64,000 nucleotides of DNA. Source: Fimbriosthenelais zetlandica. Lineage: Eukaryota. The position numbers were made by a program, and so were the translations under genes. The number at the start of each line of letters is the position of its first letter. The first letter of the stretch is position 1. This document shows, in pieces, positions 51,061 to 64,000 of this stretch. The notes under the pieces were generated by a model, which saw only the letters and a program-made list of their open reading frames with translations, was not told where the DNA came from and searched no databases. Location: contig OZ365112.1 of the NCBI GenBank assembly GCA_977030845.1, forward strand, positions 17,732,001-17,796,000. Reading direction: 5' to 3'.

Positions 51061-54000
51061 ACTGGTGTGTCTTTACGATAGATCTATCCGTCTTTCCTTG
51101 ACTTCAAAAAATAGCTTTCTGAATGTCCCTCTTCTAGCCCCACACGCCACCTATCCCACGCGCTCCCACCTTTCACATCAGTTTCCACACCCCCGCCCCC
51201 TCTGCTGCCTCCAGCGCCACCACCCATCACCAAACATATATACACGTTCACACCTTTCATACCTATATCCCCAAACACACACCCAAACAAGCTTAAACAC
51301 AGAGGCTTCCCCCACCAAACCCCCTCCACACTCTGTGTAAACCACGCCCCGCGCGTGTCTACTCCCGCTACTTGACATTGCCCACCCTCATTATTTGTCG
51401 CGGTTTTCTATCGTCAAATCAGACACTTTTCCCCTGCCTACGTGTCAAATAGTGGAAGACACTTCAAGTACCAAATCTTTGCAAAGTGTAAATGCGACAG
51501 TGAAAAACTGTCAGATCAGAAATAGAAAATATGTACTACTATAGTCCGAAAGAAATTTATCGGAATTTTAAATTAGTTTGATCGAATCAATAAATTTGCG
51601 ATATCAATTATTTCGATTTGAGCAAGAAAATACCGTATATATGTTTTTTTTGTATCAAATCATTAGTGAACAGTTGCATCTCAGTAGACCTACAGACAAA
51701 CATATGGGCATGTGGCCGGTTTTCTGTCTACGACATGCCTCTTGTCCCTTCATCAGTTTGCTCCCCCGTGATTATCGCGCCGCCAATCACCACAGGTGGG
51801 CTCGGCCTTGTGGGGGGTCAGCAAGTTCGCGGGGGGTCGCGTCGCGCGGATCCCATCTGACTACCGGAAGTCTGCCGCGACAAGGTATCCATTCATGAAT
51901 GCATGACGGCACGCGTCTATTACTTACTAAAACTTATTATGTCTTCCCAGCTTCCAAGAGCTTTTAATTACACTTATATAATTACTATAATTACTAGAAC
52001 ATTACTCCCTGCATATTGATTCATTTCACAAGACGCCTGTATTGTTTGGTGGATGTGTTGGAATGCCTTTAAGAATACACAGTCCTTCCCTTTAAGAGAT
52101 ATCCTAGTGTCATCTCAAGCCTTTCTCCATGCGGCGCGAGTATAGCCCAAGGCGATCAGTTTTCCACTATGGGAGGAGACGTAAGACAACCCTGTGCGCC
52201 ATTACCTAATACAATGTATAGATAACACCTTGTCTCCCCGACCACACTATGAAATAACTTCATCTATAAACCCTTCAGCCATGATGTCCACATGGACACC
52301 AAATTTTCACTCAAATATTTTTCTTTGCCATTTAACAATTGAAATTAAATCATAAAAGATGAACCAGTCTGTAATAGGATATATCAGTTTCCTTCACTAT
52401 CTCACCTTTGATATTTACAACAAATACTAGGTTACAAAATTCAGGGTATATATGGTACTACAACCGTCCTTTTATTTGAAACCTATTTGTAGATGGTTTA
52501 TTTTTAATGGTAAGTTTCTAGAGATTATTTTTTAAGAAATAAGAAGCTCATACCAACCATAGTCTAGGAGTCTGCTCCCGGCTTTATCAGCACTTATCAG
52601 TTCCTTGTTTAGATTAATCCCTCCAGGGCGTCTCCACTGCACTGATAAACCCCTCGGGTTTCCGATATCCTGATGTTGCTCAACGCAAAACAAAGACTCC
52701 CCTTTGTAATTAAACTTAACAAAACAAATTCCAAGTGAAAAAATATTTTTAAAAATTGAGAATTCCTTGTAGTGGGAGGTGGTGGTGCTTCATACAGTAG
52801 GTGGTGGCCTTTATGGTGGCGCTGGCTGGAGGCGGTGATGTTGGAATGAGTGGTGGCGGTGGAGGGAGGGCGATGCCCTACACCTCGATCAGGGATGAGG
52901 GCCTAGTTTAGAGTTTTGACCACCAGCTGGTTCTTGGCGCTGGACGTGGTCAGACGTCTGACAACGTCCAATTGGAACTTGACGCTGACAATATTTGCCA
53001 TTCTCTCACACAAGTCCATCATTATGAACTAGGTGGCCAAGTGTCAATGCCTCAGACAGAACGATCAACATGGCTTGACACTTGACTGAAGGGGCCCTTT
53101 AAGGACACAAAAACGTGAAGGAAATGATTGCTATTAATTACTGTTATTTTTCCACAGGTATATATTACCTCCGGTTTGTTTAATTTCCCAGTGGTCTGAG
53201 TGAATGGCTAGCAGGATTGAGTGGTAGGTTGAGAATCGTGAAGCCTGGCTTTTAACTTCTCAATATATAAACCCCCTCCTCTGGTGGTGCTCCCTAGTGG
53301 GCTGCATCCTTTCTATTCGTACAGTGGGAGGCGCCATCCATGGCGTCATGATGTCCATACGTCGGCTTGCTATAGCGTCTCAATGAATAGATGTGCACAA
53401 CTCTGCCTTTACAACTTACTCCCCCAACTCACTCACTTTAAAGTAAACAAATCAAAACCTATACTTGACGACAAGTGAGTTTTGGTGCTTGCCCTAATAA
53501 TTCTGAATCATAGGGAAATATCCTATATATAGACACATCAGAATTCTTTTAATGAAAATACCTTTTTGGTAAATATAAAGTGGTCATTTGTCTTAGCCAT
53601 TTATTGAAATAATTTATGGGAGTTCCTATGTTTGTACTTATCTTGGATTGGTTCACACATCTAACATTTGCTTCATGAGTGTGAAGTCAGGTTTACATCT
53701 GTTCTTTCTGGACGTGAGATTGAGAAGTTGTAAAAGATGAGGATGTGAGACACCTGGAATGTGACGGAGGCGCCTGATAGCTAATACAAGCAGCCATGTT
53801 AACAAACCTAATGTTCCCCCGCCTCACTCTACAGCCCCATCCCAACCTCCCAATTAAAAGGTTATCCACGTAAAGAGTCTCTATGTTGACAGTTAGCACG
53901 ACATGTTTGCAACCACACGTCGTTACTGGGATGTAAATCGTTTGTCGGGGGTTTAGTGGGGGAGGTAACCGAGGAGTTAATGGCATTAAAGAGGGCAGAC

Positions 54001-55141
54001 ATAGGAACTGAGGGGTCTCCTAAAAGTCTTCATATATATCGTGTTCTCCTACCCTTTAATTGTTACACATACCGGTTGTAAAGGATTCATATTGGATTCC
54101 AATTTTAAGAAAAATGTAGACTTGATTATCATGGTATTGGGACACCCCAAAGGACGGTACATTCCATTTCTGTGCAATATTATATTTTTCTCGTTTGGCA
54201 TGGACATTATACCTGACATATTTTAGTTTATTTACTAAGAAGGTGGCAAAGTTAAAGTGGAGTAGTTAGAGGGGTGGTATATGTAATATGGAAGGGTAAA
54301 GGTTGAGAATGGAGTCCTATAGGTTCATGGTTGGATTCGTTGAAAGATAGCTGGGAGTAGGAGGGTGGTGAGAGGGTAAAGGCGACCCCACAGAATGCTG
54401 GAGCCGCCGGAGTCATTAATAACAACTTAGTGGGAAAATCATTTGTACTCACTTGTTAGCCTCGTCTTGAATGACTGGCCCGAGGGGACAAGTAGACCAG
54501 GTGTAAATATACAAAGTCTGAACTGAGTAGACTGAAAGATGGACTGACTGACAGAGGATAGAGCGGGTAGGGGAAAAGGCGAGGGAGGTTGATGCTGAAA
54601 AGGTGGACAGGAGGTGATAAGAGGGAGGGGCCAGTCAGACAGGACGACAGAGAGGGGACTTACTGATAATTTAGAGGATGGATCGCGATCTATATTTATT
54701 AAATAATAAACTCGGGTCTGTATTTCCAATGAACCAAGATTGGTGAAAGAGAATTTATGTACATGTATAGCCTAGTTATTCTACTTGGTTGGGGTGCATG
54801 TATCTGTCAATTGGTTTGCTCTTTCCTTTAATGCCAGGAGGCGCAACCATCTGTGTTCCGCGGCTGCTGCCTCAGAATACTGACAGGTAGCAGCACTACA
54901 TTAGTACCTGTTACAGGAAAATTTACAGGAGCTAACAGATTTAGATTATTTTGAAATAATAGATTCAAAAATTGAAAATGTTGTAGGTCTCCTTTAATAA
55001 TAGTCAGAGCCAGTACAAAATCCATACATATCTATTATAGGCCTACTATGGCACTTTGATATAAAAACTCGAGGTAACATAACTAATTTGTCCTATTCCA
55101 ATTATTGTAACATTTGATTCGTTCTGTTTCGACCCTCTTCG

Positions 55142-56927
55142 CTAATCGAGCCATGAAGAATTCATACGATTTTCTGGAGCGAAAAAGAGATCATAGTCAA
55201 TCATGAGTATATAGGTCCTACGAGACCAATCAATTATCATAATTACAAAGATTATAACTTCATACATCAGTAACCTAATTGGTTTGATAAATGCAACAGA
55301 AAGTCATGTTTTATCGAGTACACACCCATATCATTGAAGAGCGCTACCATTTGCGTCTGTCCCCTTGTTTTCGCCATGTAGCGCGCTGTATGACCTTTGT
55401 TAGTTTTGTGCCTCATGTTGGCCTGGCCCTTTTCTATTAAGTACCGGACTATCACACAATAACCATTGGCTGCTGCTAAATGAAGTGATGTACAGCCTGG
55501 AATGAAAAAAATGGAATGAAAATTGGCATAGTGCTGATAGATGAGTGGGTGAAAGAATGGTAGGATGTGTGGGTGTGTGAGAGTGTGGCAGGATATGTGT
55601 GGATGGGTGAGAGAGTGAGTGGTGGGTGAGAAAGTGAGTAAAGAGCATGAATTAAAACTAATATAAGCCACATACCAGCGACATCAGTGCTGTTGACCAC
55701 AGCCCCTTTCTCAAGTAAATACGACACACATTCAAGCCAGCCATTCATAGCTGCTTTATGGAGGGGAGTGTGTCCAGCTGCATCTTTCAAACCCAACCTC
55801 TTGAAAATAACAATATGATAATTCATTATTCAATCATTGTTTTTAGATATAAAAAGTAAATAAATAAATTTTAGAGTTAGACCGATTTTAATGGACTTAC
55901 CTCGTCATCTTCCTCTATTAGTTTCTTCAGCTGCCTGAGATCGCCTGAAAAAGCTGATAGGGAACATACTGTTTATTCTACCATTTATTGCCATAATAAT
56001 AGATGATTTAAGCAAAATTAAATTCGCATTATATACGTCTGTAGGTTATTGAGGCGTGTAACAGCTAAAAGCTTTTCGATCGAAGCATGAAGGGGAAATA
56101 AATGAACCATTGAGATTTCATGTGGTAGAAAAATATCAATTCAACTAGGTTATTGCTGTAGAGGATCAAAGAATTAGCCGTCCTGAGATCTTGATTTATT
56201 TTGACAATCGCCTCTTGCAGGAAAGGCATCTTGTCCTCCCTTTGAAGCGACAGAAATAGCTGAGGAAGCTAGGTCAGGCATATTTAAGGCAGGTCTTGAA
56301 GAAACCAAGCTAATATTAAAGCTGCTTTAAATCGATTGCACGGTACTCCGCCCCCTTGCCTGGTGAAGACTGCCTTATTTCTACCTGTCATGTTTACCTG
56401 TCCTCTTCTTATCTCATATTAGACCCATATACGTCAGTCTGAGCTCACAATTCACATGCAAATCTAACACCTTCAGCTATAATCCATGAACATGTACATC
56501 ATGGAGGACGCCATGTAGAAAATAAAGAGACCCTTTTGAAGTTCACAGGGATTTTCTAATAATAATTCCATATATCTACCTCAATTGAGACGAAAATATT
56601 CTACATTCAGACGTGACAAATAATTATCGACAACACGTATCGATGGATGTATGAATTTCACCACACAGGATAGTTAATATTGCTTTATCTGCCAAACAAT
56701 CTAATTCCTGCATTTTCAACGCTTACAGGGAGGCACAGTGAATCCTAGAATCTTTATAGAGAATTGTGTGACAGTCGATCAAGCCGGTAGTATTCCCGAG
56801 TGGGTGCACTTGATGCATCAAAGAGAAACCAATTATAATTATTCGATATTCCTCTATATTATAGTGGGTATCTGAGAATAAATGATAACTTACCGGCCTC
56901 GTGGACATCTGGGCTTGGTGTGTACAT
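55142..56927 (-). CDS. Small ankyrin-repeat protein (about 3 repeats)
   Basis: In-phase exons 56927-56894 ([11 protein letters not shown]), 55953-55901 ([18 protein letters not shown]), 55799-55676 ([12 protein letters not shown]...), 55496 onward ([12 protein letters not shown]...), and a probable last exon 55173-55142 ([10 protein letters not shown]). Confidence 0.85.
55540..55645. repeat. GT/GA-rich simple repeat in an ankyrin gene intron
   Basis: Degenerate gagtgggtg / gtgtgggtg units. Confidence 0.6.
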
Positions 56928-57104
56928 GTCACCATGTGATTCACAGTTGCTGTCTTATAATCAATATGTAATGTTGAGCTCTTCTCTATACGGCTACACC
57001 GTGGGAAATGACGTGGTAGACAAATGACTCAGCAGTGAATTAAACTGGTGTATTTCTTGCTAGCTATCTCCAGCTAGCTTCTGTTTGTCAATAGCTTTGG
57101 TATA

Positions 57105-58515
57105 ATGAATGTCTTAGTGTTGGTTTTCTGGATTCTGGTTTCCAGACTCAGGATTATGCCATGTATGATGCTCACTGATGGGCAGGCAAGGAAAGAGTGG
57201 TTTGTATCAGGCAATGACTCTGTATATACGCGCTCCTGGGCGCGGTATGCACAACAGGTGAGTGGTGGATGGAGTGTGGAGGACCTGGGATGCAGAGCAA
57301 TAGAGCAATAGTACAGGCAGACTAGTGAAGTCATTTCCTTAATTGCTAATTATTATTCCTAAGTAGTATCCATTTATATGGATACTTGTTCGTAGAGTAC
57401 ATTATTTTTGTTGTGTGGTTTTGGAGATGGTTGTTTCTAATATACAGGTGTATTGGAAAGGATTGGTCAATGGTTGGTTATTCACTGCACTTAGCATGAT
57501 AGCCTCATGAGATGAAATGTTGGTCACAGTTAACGACTGTTGAATCAGACTTGATTAATCCTGCTGACTCGGTAATCTGTTGTCATGGAAACTTTCATTC
57601 ACATGACAGGTGTGTTGGTTCATTATTCCCACGAGCACGCCATATAATGATTGATTCTCAGAGACTACTTTTCTATTATTATCTGAATAATAACATGCTT
57701 ATCGTCTTAACCAAAGAACCTCTATTTTCCGAGGCCAGCTGCTGTAGACAGGCCTGGACTGAGGGCTTCAAGTCTCATGCAGTACAGTATATGGTAGGTT
57801 TAATGGAGGAAGAACGGGTTGATGGGTTTTTTCTCAAATAATTTGCTTATAATTTATATTACAAGTTAATATTACTGCTCTTAGTCTCTTTAAATTGTGG
57901 GAAGACGGACAAAATAATCTCCAGAGAACAGGACCTATCAGGGCCGCTTAGTGTAATCATATCAGTCAGATGTTGTAAGGGGCCCTAGTACTGTGAGCCA
58001 TATTGCAGGGCCCCTTAGAACATCAAGAATACCCCAAAACCCTGGCCAAAAAGTATAGAACACAAGCGGATATACAAGCCGCAACCTACTTGAAATAACA
58101 ATCGTGTTTTTTTTATATATTATATACCAATTGGGGCGGTTTGTACCTTTATAGTTTGACACATGCTCTTCAACGCTAGAAACACTTAGCCTTCTCAAAT
58201 GAAGCACCAGCTCGGTTGATATAGAGCTGACGTACTGAATGACGGGGCCTTTAACAGCTCAAATTGGACATGTATTTCCGTGCTACCCTAAAAGAGACAA
58301 GTATACTCGCCTCCAACAAGCTGGGAGCCATTCCAACACTCCCAGATGGAGTGCCCTTGTCAGATCTACACCAGACAAGCTTTGGCGAAGAAAAAGAAGC
58401 GTGGCGACTTGCCACGTGTTGCACTGGAAGCAGAAAGCATTTTGTGTTGTCTTCTTGTTCAACATACCACATTTCTGAGACTAAGACAGAGCCAAACACT
58501 AAGAAAAAGGAATAA
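57105..58515 (+). CDS. Candidate secreted protein with two CC motifs, function unknown
   Basis: Exon 1 (57105-57257) has a hydrophobic N-terminus and CAG|GTGAGT donor; putative exon 2 (57734-57793, ASCCRQAWTEGFKSHAVQYM) and exon 3 (58258-58515) join in phase 0. Exon 2 needs a weak GAG acceptor. Confidence 0.4.
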
Positions 58516-59441
58516 ACAACATGCTATAGAACAGGCAGAGCTTGTGTTTCCATGTATATTTCTTAAACAAATGAGATGCCTGATTGGTTTTCACATCACT
58601 GGCTTTAGGTCAATGTTTGAAATCGGTCATAGTCTCTGGTTGCCAACTGAGGGAATATAGCGATGGGAATATCTTCATTTTTTTAAAGAAATTTTTTCTT
58701 TTGACGTTTTAATTTCATGTTACTCTAATAGTTTAGAATAGACTGTTATCCATATACTGGAGGAAATAGATAGATTCTTTGAGTTTCAAGTATTTTATTA
58801 CAAATTATTTTTAATTGGAACAAGTGGAAAACTACCATTATATCAAACTGTGCAAGTATTACTAACAAATGAATCCACACAATAGGACATTCGTGTCTCA
58901 AAGATTATCAACCAAGCTTTCGAATAAACTTTCATAACTATCAAGTGATTCAGCAAGAAGAATTAATTTCTTTCATGAGCAAATCCATTACTGATTATAT
59001 ACGGCTTTCACACACCTGTCAGTCTACTGGCCTTACATTGGCCATTAAAGCCATCCTCATGAACACAATTAACATCAATGAAATACAATCACCGGGACAC
59101 ACGTATCCAGAAATGAGAATTTGTGCGATGCCTTGGAGTGTTATTTCCATGTCTGTGCGTGAAGAATTGGGACATCAACTTCCATTCAAGAAAAAATTCT
59201 TGAAAGTGTAAGGTAATCCCTCTCTGCAGCTCTGGAGGTAGATTGTGAAAATCCAATCCCTCAAAAATAATGCATATATACATTTATGTCACTGATCCTC
59301 TCACGTACTATCTGATAGCACATGTATGGTCTTTTGGGTCTGATTTTATCCTTGAACCTTCTCTCTGCGAGTTGTTATAAAAATAGGCTGGTTTTATTGA
59401 AAGTAGATCTATTCATTCAAAAACGTTAAGAATTGACTACA

Positions 59442-60844
59442 CTATGTCCAGTTTATACTCCTGTTTCCATCACCATCTGCTGAACAGGAGCGTTTGACAG
59501 TTCCTGAGCAGCATTTATGTGTGTCATAATTAAATGCTAGAGTTCCGCAGCAGGTTGCTGTAGAACCTGCTTTTCTCCTCAACATACCTCGGCAACAAAT
59601 CTGATAAGATCCGTCATAAGGTCGGCCAGAACAGCGGGCCTTCCTCTTACCATAGGAAGTTAATGACCGCCGAGCTTGACCAGAATTTCCCCGTGGATGA
59701 CCGCCTGAAAAGCCACTATTAATGTCACTGACATCACAGCATTCAGCGTATATGCCAGTTAATCTGTGCGCATTTCTACAACACTGTGTATGATAATTAG
59801 AGTGGCAGCATGAGAGCCTTGCCCATCCAGGCCCTCCTCCTGTAGATGAATAATCTGTCTGCTTGTGACCTGAATCATAAGACCGATCCTCCTCACTTGA
59901 CACCAGGGGTACTGACTCTGGGTTGTTACCATTCAGTTTACAGGAGTAACATTTATGTTGCTGGAGGAGGCGACGTGTAGGGGGACGTCTGGTGGGGAGT
60001 GGATTCATATTAGAACCACAGCAGAGTGGCCTGGCCCTGTTAGCTGAAGTCTTACAGCACTGACTCTGTCTCTCATTATTTCTGACAGCACAACAAGTGA
60101 ATCTGTAGGTGCAGCATCGAGGTTTGCTGGGTCGTACATGGTACTGAGGCTGATGAGATCCTGTGTTAGGCCTCATAGCCTGACAACAGGAGGGCTGGGG
60201 TGACCTGCTCAAACAGCAGGAGCCAGATTGTGGGAAGGGTGTTGGCTGGACAGGTACAAGATGACTAGGTGCTGGGGTTGTATTTGGATGGTATGGATGG
60301 TACCTGTTCTCAGTCTGACAGCACTGCGGCAGGCCATAGGTTGAATGGCAGCATTCAAAAGAAGAAGTACTAGTTTTACAGCACGTGGGCTTGAACCTGT
60401 CAGAAAAACAACAGGAAGGCATCACTCCTGTTTTCTGTGTGATGGCACTACAACAGCGTGCTTTAGCACTCCTGGTGGTGATGTCACAGCACGCTGGACG
60501 GAATCCTGGGATATCCACACTTCCGCCACCTCTACAGCAATTCTGACCATGTCGGCAGCAGGTCCATTGCTGGTCCTTCCGGCAGCATTTACTGCCAGGT
60601 AACTGTCTCTGCATTACATAATCCCCCGGATGACACACCTGGTACCTCTTGTCATATGTAGACTGACCACAGCAGCGATTGTTTTTAGTTTTGGCTTGGA
60701 CACGGCCATTACAACAGTAGCTTGAGAAGGCATCATAAGCAATGTTACCACAACAAGTTGGCTGAATCCCGCCACGAACGTAAATCAGACCATTACAACA
60801 TATTGTATTCTCTGGGTTGATTGTAGCCCAACCGCACTTTTGAT
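59442..60844 (-). CDS. Galaxin-like di-cysteine repeat protein (large coding exon; leader exon upstream)
   Basis: Acceptor catttttcag| at 60845. Both ends carry galaxin-type repeats (CCGNIAYDAFSSYCCNG, CCGQSTYD, YDGSYQICCRG, CCGTLAFNYDTHKCCSG). Possible leader exon 62194-62152 (MFLVSLFSPLLFVT, phase 1). Confidence 0.75.
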
Positions 60845-61789
60845 CTGAAAAATGATAAGAAGGCAATTTGAAAATGAAGGCAATTATTGAAATTGTTTTG
60901 AAGGAAGATGTGTTAAGTCAGTCAAAGAGGACCTGAGGGTTAACTTTTGGATGGGGCTTGTTGGTAGTCAGCACTAGTAGGCCTACTTGAAAGTTCAAAG
61001 AATTCGATCTTGATGAGAACAGGAAGATAAGTTGGTTGGAAGAAAAAATGAGATCGAGATCAAGTCTCATGTGTATACATAATGTACCAGTGGAATAAGT
61101 GTAATGGCTGGTTTCCAAGAATGTACTCACTTCTCCCACGAAGTTTTATTATGGTTAAAACTACAATGCATTAAGCAAGTCAGTGTTGTTGTCTTAGCTG
61201 GTCTATCTCACACAATTGTTCACACAGTGCCACCCCTGACGTGATCTAGGCACACTAAAGACCAAAGCCATCTTCATTACATGCTTTCAGTGCCTGGGTT
61301 GCTAACTCATAAGTAGGCCTACCTATTTTTATTTTTAAACCTTTGTATACTTTTACTTTGTATTGTATTGTTCTTGAGGAATTGGACTGGTAAATTAGGT
61401 CCATTGATAGTATTATTTTGGGGGATCATCGAACCATAGATTGGTTTGAAGATCTATCTTTCAAGGACATGCTTTAATTGTTATACCCAATATGTTAAGG
61501 GCGTGTCTGGTCGAGAGAAGGAAGTAGGAAGACAAAGGGGTTGTTAGAACATGGATTCATAGATGAGAGAAGGAGAGAGCGAGTCTGCTATACTCTCTGA
61601 TTGACTATAGTACAGAAGCAGGGGACCTCCGTGTCTGGTACCTCAAGGAACCAACAATATCCAACTAACACCCAAGAAAAAACCCAGTCTCCTAGGCCAG
61701 CGTGCCGGCACGTCGAGGGCCTCTTTCTGTCTAGTTCTGGTTTACATTCACAGGCAAAATTCGAGCCGGCAGTGAAAGTAGAGACGTTG

Positions 61790-61870
61790 ATACTCCCTAA
61801 TACCACGACCGCTTCCTCACCTCTCTCATGTGACGTCACTACCGGCTTGTAACCGGAAGTCCGCTTCTCT
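61790..61870. promoter_or_regulatory. Promoter-like element with CRE and ETS sites
   Basis: GTGACGTCAC near 61830 and ACCGGAAGT near 61852; target gene unclear. Confidence 0.45.
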
Positions 61871-63185
61871 CCTATTCTAATAGGCCTATATGTGTTGCCC
61901 ACGTACTTTTTCGCATTTACATTGGAAAAGAGCTAGTTCAGAGCTAGCTTTATTTTTTCCGCTTTGCTATCAAATAGGTCCGTAGATCTCAGGGGCCCGC
62001 CCTCCTGCTGTTTTCAGGACGTAAATCCGTGCAGCCCATATAGATTCCGGGATGTAGATATGGGAAGGGAATCTTTGTATGTCATGTATGCATGCTAGAT
62101 GCCATAAAAACCATGACCGTATCTCAGAGGCTCGTGCTTCCTCATATATACCGGTTACAAAAAGTAATGGACTAAACAATGAAACTAGAAACATCCCTTT
62201 TACCAGTTATTTTCCCCTGTATAAATACCCTTGTACATCCACTAGTTTATTTCACCTGCAACTGATGTCGACCTGATGCTGAATCTAAGTCAGTGAGGTC
62301 AATGTCGGGAGCTTCACCTTCTGAATGTCATATCGTTGTATGGTAAATTTCCTCTATATCCAGTCCCACAGTCGGGGACTCCTCTCATAGAAGCTCCTTT
62401 TAGAACCCAAAGCAGGCGTGTATCTCTTTTTACCCTCTCAAAATTTTAGTGGGTGAAAATTCTGATCCCATTTTGTAAACCCCTGAAAGTTTTCATTTCT
62501 TCATATCCCATGAAATAAGGATCAATTCCTATATTACCGTCTCAATTCTTGTATGCAACAAGCAAAAGCAGGTTGGGCTTTGATTGGGCCATGGTTGGGC
62601 CAGCCGACCGTCCATCACACGGGCAGAGTTAGACATTCAATCCTGCATGCTGTAGTCATAACTGGCATCTTTTTGTCTGCCTCTCCTCTAAGATCTGAAG
62701 CAGGCTGTCATACAACTAAGAGAGGATGAATGAATGAGGTATGTTGATGTTTCATTTGGCAGAGGTAGAGGGATTGATACCCTGACTTTCTTCACTAGTT
62801 CACCCTTGCTCAGTAACTGTACAGTATACTCATTCACTATAATCCCACAGTTGATTTTCGATTGTACTTAAGCGGTGAAATTATGTTGTGTAATATAGGA
62901 TTCACCTTCAATGACTGCTTCCATGTATCACTCATATGCGCCACATTCCAGGAATAATCGTTCCGCTACAAGTATTACTTGGGTTTCTCTTCCCAGTGAC
63001 AAAACTCAGTGTGAAATCTGAAGCTGAAGCTGCGGCCCGGGGTATCTCTGTGCTACTGAGTACATGTATAATCACTTCTCAGTCCCTCTTAATACCCGCC
63101 CATCCATCCTTTATCCCTAATGCCCACTCCCCCACCAGCCGGCCCACATGCCCATATACCACGCCCATACCCATGCCGTACACCC

Positions 63186-63610
63186 CTGCATTGAAACATT
63201 TAGATACAATGATAAATCCCTTCCACCCTCCTGCATGGCCACCCACCCTCAAAAACCAACTCCCACCCACCCACCTGCATTGAAAGTCATTTATAGTAAA
63301 TCTGCCACCCGCCCGTCCTGCTACACTCTCACATACCCTCCCTCCCTCCTGTGTTGCTGCTCATTGTGTAGTTCCCGCCCCCACATAGTCACTCTGTATT
63401 GAAAGTCATTTATAAAGAAATGTGTAGGCTAATTTAATCAGGGGAAGAGCATTTTAATCCTATGTTGACAACACCCCTGCCCAATCCCTCCCAATTACCC
63501 ACTCTCCCACACTCCTGGATGCCTATACCCATCTGGCAACAACCCCTACTACTCCCGACCCTAAATGAAAGCCATTTATATAATGAATTTGCCAATTTAA
63601 TCAGGAAAAT
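63186..63610. repeat. Degenerate repeat: TGAAAGTCATTTATA-like motif x4 in C-rich spacers
   Basis: Motif copies near 63192, 63281, 63400 and 63566; AATTTAATCAGG occurs twice. Confidence 0.55.
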
Positions 63611-64000
63611 GAGGAATAACTCATCGTGAATGTAGAACCAAGAATGAACTAAACTTTACGAGATGATAATCCGATTACCCCCGGAAGAGGCACATAGGCC
63701 TATTTTGGGTGTATCAGCCTGATTATTGATTTATTAGTCTGCCTTTCTTTAATCCTCTGAACCCCATTTGTTCGCCCTGATGTTCCTCATGTTTCTCACT
63801 TCAAACAAGTAGAGCCCTGCTCTCATCCTCCACTTCAGGTACAAACAGCCTCTCTAATTTATAGCTACATTTTTAACAAGCTTCTTTGCGGTCATGTGTA
63901 TAACTGCGGTACTAATGACCAAGACTTTCTTCAGTCTAAACCTATCTTCAATACACCACATTTTAGATTAGGAAAACTGCATTGTCCTTGAACCTGTATT

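Noticed and set aside
62936-63283. ORF with hydrophobic start MRHIPGIIVPLQVLLGF
   Set aside because: Only a weak donor, it runs into low-complexity sequence, and no downstream exon was identified in the window.
1-64000. Many short ORF-track entries antisense to or frame-shifted over real exons (e.g. 3042-3278, 10395-10859, 29124-29375, 49547-49870, 60345-60602)
   Set aside because: Explained as shadows of the annotated genes.

Overview
AT-rich, compact animal genomic DNA with mostly 60-500 bp GT-AG introns. It is probably a lophotrochozoan protostome (inference from an IR25-type receptor occurring with a canonical noggin). Gene order: two head-to-head divergent ionotropic receptor (IR/iGluR-like) paralogues, an IR25a-like receptor, an iRhom, a sterol-desaturase-family gene, eIF3d, TRAF7, noggin, a small ankyrin-repeat gene, a candidate secreted di-cysteine protein, and a galaxin-like cysteine-rich protein. 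TRAF7 has one 9.4 kb intron among otherwise small ones, and it appears to host an antisense secreted peptide/neuropeptide-like precursor. Best leads: (1) this nested precursor, with alternative last exons in different reading frames; (2) opposite charges at the pore Q/R/N-equivalent site in the receptor cluster (Lys in the IR25a-like gene, Asp in both neighbours); (3) an iRhom retaining both catalytic-dyad residues; (4) a galaxin-like protein with about 25 CC doublets. All gene models were assembled by eye from splice signals, reading phase and remembered family motifs; no database search was run. No tRNA, rRNA, CRISPR array or intact transposon was found.
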